DNA of 31,011 bases from Balneolales bacterium. GTDB taxonomy: Bacteria > Bacteroidota > Rhodothermia > Balneolales > Natronogracilivirgulaceae. The stretch lies in contig SLHZ01000287.1 in assembly GCA_007135895.1 (NCBI GenBank), positions 1 to 31,011 of the forward strand. The letters are read 5' to 3'. Of this stretch, positions 26,881 to 31,011 are shown in pieces. Under the pieces are notes generated by a model that did no database searches, was not told the DNA's origin, and saw only the letters and a list, made by a program, of their open reading frames with translations. Positions within the stretch are counted from its first letter, which is position 1. Every line of letters starts with the position of its first letter. The position numbers and the translations under genes were made by a program.

Positions 26881-28020
26881 TCATGATCCGGCATCCGGTT
26901 GTCGGTCGGTGGCATTGCTGCGAATAGACATGTTTGTACGTTTGCGGCTGGCGGATACCTGAAGCTGTCCACACCCTGCAAAAATATCTTCTCCACGGCA
27001 CCATCGCACATCAACCGGATGGCCGGCACGGACCAGTACATTTCGAAACGATTCCATTTTCTCAATGTCCGTGCGCCGTACACGGCAACCGGCTACATCA
27101 TTATACATGATTAATGTGATATTTATGTTAAGATTTCCGATAAAACGGACGAGAGCTGCGGCGTCATCAGGCGAATCATTTACCCCGTCCAGCAGCAGAT
27201 ACTGCAGGGTGACGCGATGGCCGGTGAGGCGCTGATGCCGGGCGATCGCCTGCCGAATATCAGCAAGTGGCAAACGGGCACTGATGGGCATGATTTCCTT
27301 GCGTTTTTCCTGATTCGCCGAATGGATGGAAACGGCCAGCTTCACTTTCGGATGGTCCGATGCAAGCATGCCAATCTGCCGGTACAGGCCAACGGTGGAG
27401 ATGGTGATCCGGGATGGATCCGGCCCCGGTGCTTCACCGCTTTCAATCAGGGTTATCAGATCCGAGACGGCCCGGTAGTTGTGCATGGGCTCACCCATGC
27501 CCATGAAATAGAGATGGGTAACGGGAGCGATCTTTTCTTCTTCTGCTGTCCGGATTGCCAGCCTGACCTGGTCGGCCAGTTCTCGTGTGGAGAGGTTGCG
27601 GTTGAAACCCATTTGGCCTGTTGCACAGAAGGAGCAGCCGAAAAAACAGCCCACCTGTGATGAGATACTGACCGCACATTTTTTGATACTCCCTTCTTTT
27701 CGTTCCGGTATGATCACGGTTTCGGCGAGGTGGTCGTCATGAAGGAGCAGTGTAAGTTTAAGCGAACCGTCGCTGCTTCGGGTAAGACTTTTAAGCCGGG
27801 AGTCATGAAGGATGACTTTGCCGGCAAGCTTTTGCCGCACATCTGAGGGCAGATCATCCATTCTTGACAGAGAAGGTATGCCCTGGAGAAAAACGGCCCG
27901 GCGTATCCGCTGCAGTATCCCGGGCATGATATCCAGGTGCTCTGCCAGTTCATCCCACTCCGACAGTGAGAGACGCCCCAGGTCAACCGGCGTTTTCTTC
28001 AGCAGGTGGTGGTCAGCCAT
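26881..28020 (-). CDS. Divergent RlmN/Cfr-family radical SAM RNA methyltransferase homolog (about 379 aa)
   Basis: DGSLK, AETVIIP, SSQVGCFFGCSFCATG (CxxxCxxC), MGMGEPMHN, ITISTVG, LAVSIHS, GVNDS and RGEDIFAGCGQL. The Cys118-equivalent position is Ser. Alternative starts are 28047 and 28086. Confidence 0.88.
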   Translation of the reverse strand: MADHHLLKKTPVDLGRLSLSEWDELAEHLDIMPGILQRIRRAVFLQGIPSLSRMDDLPSDVRQKLAGKVILHDSRLKSLTRSSDGSLKLTLLLHDDHLAETVIIPERKEGSIKKCAVSISSQVGCFFGCSFCATGQMGFNRNLSTRELADQVRLAIRTAEEEKIAPVTHLYFMGMGEPMHNYRAVSDLITLIESGEAPGPDPSRITISTVGLYRQIGMLASDHPKVKLAVSIHSANQEKRKEIMPISARLPLADIRQAIARHQRLTGHRVTLQYLLLDGVNDSPDDAAALVRFIGNLNINITLIMYNDVAGCRVRRTDIEKMESFRNVLVRAGHPVDVRWCRGEDIFAGCGQLQVSASRKRTNMSIRSNATDRQPDAGS

Positions 28021-28197
28021 CGGGGTATCCTTACCATGGGAAGACATGAAAAAAAAAGTTGGGGTATTATGAGCAGATTGCGGCAAAGCCGGTATGGGTG
28101 CGGCGATGAACCAGGTGGTTCCCGGTTGGCCGGTATCTTTGCGGGAGTCGTTTCAAGATACAAAAAAAGGTTTTTTCCAACTGCTGCAAAAAACTCC

Positions 28198-28226
28198 TTG
28201 CAAAGCGATCATAAATCTGTTATGAT
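28198..28226 (+). promoter_or_regulatory. Canonical sigma70-type promoter TTGCAA-17 bp-TATGAT (extended TG -10) for the ankyrin gene
   Basis: TTGCAA 28198-28203, 17-nt spacer, TATGAT 28221-28226. A GAGG RBS at 28263-28266 lies 6 nt before ATG 28273. Confidence 0.6.
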
Positions 28227-28272
28227 ACTTCAGGACACGTAACCAGAAAACACTAAAACAACGAGGGTGCTT

Positions 28273-28665
28273 ATGAAGGAAAACGAGCTTCTTGATGCCG
28301 CAGAGAGCGGTGATTTATCGGTCATCAGCAAGTTTATGGCCGAGGGTGCCGATGTGAATACCATGGATGAACATCGGCGGTCTGCTCTGCTGAAGGCATC
28401 TAAGCACGGCCACAAGAAGATAGTTGAATTTTTATTGGATCAGGGTGCAAAAGTAAATTTGCGGGACAACCGGGGAACGACGGCAGTTTACTGGGCGGCT
28501 GTTCGGGGTCATCATGAAATCGTTTCACTGCTGGTAGATAGTGGTGCTGTTGTGACCTATACCGATGACCGTGGCTGGGCCGCCATCGATCATGCCAAAT
28601 CCAATCAGGACCTGGAAATGATTGCTCTTCTCGAGGAAGCGCGTGCGGCACAGAAAGTTGCCTGA
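28273..28665 (+). CDS. Ankyrin repeat protein (130 aa, about 3 repeats)
   Basis: LLDAAESGD...GADVN, SALLKASKHGHKKIVEFLLDQGAKVN and TAVYWAAVRGHHEIVSLLVDSGA. The ATG at 28273 has an RBS; the ORF track uses GTG 28267. Confidence 0.93.
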   Translation: MKENELLDAAESGDLSVISKFMAEGADVNTMDEHRRSALLKASKHGHKKIVEFLLDQGAKVNLRDNRGTTAVYWAAVRGHHEIVSLLVDSGAVVTYTDDRGWAAIDHAKSNQDLEMIALLEEARAAQKVA

Positions 28666-28683
28666 ACGAATTCGGTTTAACCA

Positions 28684-29586
28684 TTATTTTTTCCGGCCTG
28701 CCTTTTTTCCTGAAGGGCGGGCCTTTTTTTTTCGGCCAACTTTTCGGGGTGCGTGGCTAGTTTTTCGAAATATGTGGTCGCTTTTTCGGGTTGCCTGGTC
28801 GGTTTTTCGGGTTGTGTGGTCTGGTTCGGCAAGCAACAGGTAGATCACGGGCTGCTGATGCAGTACAGGCCTTTCTTTTTTCCATTCGGTGATGGTGCGG
28901 GTCACCGTGGATTCCTCCGGAAGTGTGAGGCTGGCTGCCAGGCACAGCTTTGTTGTATCCTGAAGAATATCAAGAAGATGGCTTATCAATTGGTCGTTTC
29001 GGTACGGTGTTTCCATGAAGATTTCGGTGCTGCCTGTACGTGCAGACCGCTGCTCCAGATGGCGAATCATGCGGCTTTGTGCGGCTCCGGGCCGGGGAAG
29101 GTAACCGTTGAACGAGAAAAGCTGTCCGTTCAGACCCGATGCCATTAGTGCAAGGATTATGGATGAAGGTCCGACCAGCGGAATGACCCTGATACCCGCC
29201 TCGTGGGCCAGTGCTACCAGTGTGCCGCCCGGGTCGGCAACGGCAGGACACCCTGCTTCACTGAGAATAGCGGCATTGTTTCCTTCTTTGAGCAGCCGGA
29301 TCATGGGCAGCAGATCTTCCGCCGGTGTGTGTTTGTTCAGCTCGAAAAAACGGCATTTGTAATCCGGAACAGGGTGCTTGATCCATTTGAGGAATGATAC
29401 GGTCTGGCGGATTCGCTCCACGAAGAAAGTATCGATACTGTAGAGGGTTTTTCTGACCAGCTCAGGAAGAACATGCTCATGGGGTCCGGCTCCAAGCGGG
29501 GTTGGTATGAGAAACAGCTCTCCTGCTTTTTGGGCAGGCTCCGGAGGATTGCTGCTGTCATTTTTAATTTTTTGGACGTTCTTCAT
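28684..29586 (-). CDS. RsmI-like SAM-dependent methyltransferase (tetrapyrrole methylase superfamily) with a basic C-terminal tail, 300 aa
   Basis: LFLIPTPLG, FFVE, LSEAGCPAVADPG, PLVGPSSIILALMASGL...FSFNGYLP, IFMETPYRN and LCLAASLT. The detailed pattern fits the RsmI-like subgroup better than canonical RsmI. Confidence 0.88.
   Translation of the reverse strand: MKNVQKIKNDSSNPPEPAQKAGELFLIPTPLGAGPHEHVLPELVRKTLYSIDTFFVERIRQTVSFLKWIKHPVPDYKCRFFELNKHTPAEDLLPMIRLLKEGNNAAILSEAGCPAVADPGGTLVALAHEAGIRVIPLVGPSSIILALMASGLNGQLFSFNGYLPRPGAAQSRMIRHLEQRSARTGSTEIFMETPYRNDQLISHLLDILQDTTKLCLAASLTLPEESTVTRTITEWKKERPVLHQQPVIYLLLAEPDHTTRKTDQATRKSDHIFRKTSHAPRKVGRKKKARPSGKKAGRKK
28741..28824 (-). repeat. Four degenerate 21-bp tandem repeats inside the methyltransferase 3' end
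   Basis: Plus-strand units are TTTTCGGGGTGCGTGGCTAGT, TTTTCGAAATATGTGGTCGCT, TTTTCGGGTTGCCTGGTCGGT and TTTTCGGGTTGTGTGGTCTGG. They encode PDHTTRK-TDQATRK-SDHIFRK-TSHAPRK. Confidence 0.9.
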
Positions 29587-29595
29587 CTCCCCGGG

Positions 29596-30117
29596 TCATC
29601 TTTGCGGATCGGAGTACTGATGAGCCGGTTGGTTGATAATTTCAACAGGCAGATGTATAGCTTCTTCTTCCCTGCGCTGACGCCGTACATGGCGGTGTGC
29701 GGTTAAGGCGATGAATATGGTGATGAGAACAGAGAGAATGAGTACTCCCAGGTTGACCAGGACCATGCGCCGGTGAAAATCATAGATCGGGACAAGGACA
29801 ATGGGCTGGTAACTTCCTTCGAGGTAGCGGACAGGCATTATTTCAGAGGCCTGCAGCTGGGCGGCATTCTGAATAGGCTGGGAGAGCTTGCGTATGATTT
29901 CTGCGGAATTATCCGGTGTAAATCGCACCGTGATGCTCCCGTTGGTCTGAGCGGCAATTTGCTTGATTTCAAAATGGATGACATCGGCCAGGTAACTCTG
30001 ACCGTTTTCATATGTATTCCCAAGCCCCGTATAAACGGCAGCCATGTGTACGGCCATGCCGGACAGGTAAAGGGGCAGAAGCCACAGGAGATACCAGAAA
30101 TAGAGTTTCTTTTTCAT
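29596..30117 (-). CDS. Hypothetical membrane protein with two predicted TM helices (173 aa)
   Basis: Hydrophobic segments LYFWYLLWLLPLYLSGMAVHMAAVY and MVLVNLGVLILSVLITIFIAL flank a soluble beta-rich region. A basic stop-transfer segment (HRHVRRQRR) follows. Confidence 0.75.
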   Translation of the reverse strand: MKKKLYFWYLLWLLPLYLSGMAVHMAAVYTGLGNTYENGQSYLADVIHFEIKQIAAQTNGSITVRFTPDNSAEIIRKLSQPIQNAAQLQASEIMPVRYLEGSYQPIVLVPIYDFHRRMVLVNLGVLILSVLITIFIALTAHRHVRRQRREEEAIHLPVEIINQPAHQYSDPQR

Positions 30118-30151
30118 CTGTTCGGTCGTTTCGAAAAAAGGATGTAATCGT

Positions 30152-30193
30152 ATGTAACAAAAACGTAGACTAACATCCGCAGTTTGTTTACAT
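30152..30193. promoter_or_regulatory. Imperfect AT-rich inverted repeat upstream of the membrane-protein gene
   Basis: ATGTAACAAAAAC (30152-30164), a 17-nt spacer, then GTTTGTTTACAT (30182-30193). Confidence 0.25.
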
Positions 30194-30272
30194 CAACGTT
30201 GACAGCCGACTCTGTAAATGGACACGCGAAAATGTAAGCATAAAGTGGAAAGTGCTTTTTGGCCGAATGGGA

Positions 30273-30983
30273 TCATCGGGCAGGCACAAGGCCGCGAAGA
30301 AGCAGCGCCTGGGTAGTGATCTCAACGACCTGATCGGTCGAAAAAATTCCTTTGTCAATCAGAAGATGATAATGATGGTAGTCGCGAACGCTTTTGTGGG
30401 TAAATTCATAGATAAAGTCCTCCCTGCGTTTTTCTTTTTCGAGGATCATTTTTTTTGCCTCGCTGCTACGAATGCCCAAAACCGATGAAATATGATCCAC
30501 TTTATAATCCAGGCTGGCAAAAAGCCGGATATGAAGCATGTGGGAAAAGTCGGAAGTCAGAATGGCGGCACCGGATCCCAGAATAACCGTTCGACCGCCC
30601 ATGGCCAGAAGACGCAGTGTCTCGGCCCTTTTTCTGTAGAGCTGGATATTGGTGGGGGTATGGGCCAGCAGGTTTTCGATGTACTGTCCGAGAATGCTTC
30701 TTTTTTCGGGGTCTACCCATTCCATCAGATCGGTCTTCAGGTCTTCCTGACCGCTGAGCTCAGTGATTAGATCACGGTGGAAAACGGCCCAGGGGTACTC
30801 CTTGCTGCTGAGTTTGAGGGCCAGTTTCTTTGATATTGAGATTCCTTCGCAGCCGAATTCCCTGGAGATGGTGATACAGGGGAACTGTGTTTTCTCTCCC
30901 CGTTTTTTTCCTACTCCCATGGCTTTGAGTTGTGCGCCAATATCTTGATCAATTTTTTGAAGAAGGTTGGTGTATATGGTCAT
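30273..30983 (-). CDS. Cytidylate kinase-like family protein (Cytidylate_kin2 type), 236 aa
   Basis: CITISREFGCEGISISKKLA, VILGSGA, LHIRLFASLDYKV, EKEKRREDFIYEF and YHLLIDKG. Confidence 0.85.
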   Translation of the reverse strand: MTIYTNLLQKIDQDIGAQLKAMGVGKKRGEKTQFPCITISREFGCEGISISKKLALKLSSKEYPWAVFHRDLITELSGQEDLKTDLMEWVDPEKRSILGQYIENLLAHTPTNIQLYRKRAETLRLLAMGGRTVILGSGAAILTSDFSHMLHIRLFASLDYKVDHISSVLGIRSSEAKKMILEKEKRREDFIYEFTHKSVRDYHHYHLLIDKGIFSTDQVVEITTQALLLRGLVPAR

Positions 30984-31011
30984 GGCGTGAGACGGTTTGG
31001 CTGTGATGGCA

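Noticed and set aside
28741-28824. 21-bp repeats as a CRISPR-like array
   Set aside because: The units are directly adjacent with no spacers, lie in frame within a CDS, and no cas genes are present.
1-31011. Mobile elements, prophage, rRNA or tRNA genes, defence systems
   Set aside because: No transposase, integrase, phage, cas or restriction motifs and no tRNA/rRNA signatures were seen. Composition looks uniform by eye and the content is core or envelope genes.

Overview
A gene-dense chromosomal window with 22 CDSs, 20 of them on the minus strand. It has no rRNA, tRNA, CRISPR array or transposase. The organism is inferred to be an FCB-group bacterium, probably Balneolota/Rhodothermota-like, from its type IX secretion (T9SS) genes, mostly Shine-Dalgarno-less starts and TAnnTTTG-type promoter motifs. 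The left third is a probable four-gene operon read right to left: porU (sortase, His/Cys dyad intact), porV, a 1063-aa T9SS cargo protein whose M6-type zinc motif has been erased (HExxH to ANIGS), and a >1022-aa gluzincin + PD40 propeller + probable Omp85-barrel protein. That last gene runs off the window edge and is missing from the ORF track. Upstream lie a full-length thiolase lacking all three catalytic residues, a perfect 16-bp inverted-repeat element and two lipoproteins. The rest holds ridA, an M23 peptidase, rplU-rpmA, lexA with a duplicated operator-like motif, two tandem USP genes, a patatin-POTRA-Omp85 protein and korAB. It ends with an RlmN paralog lacking the resolving Cys118 equivalent, an ankyrin protein, an RsmI-like methylase with a 21-bp-repeat basic tail, a small membrane protein and a cytidylate-kinase-like protein. 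All family assignments come from motif reading by eye; no database search was run.
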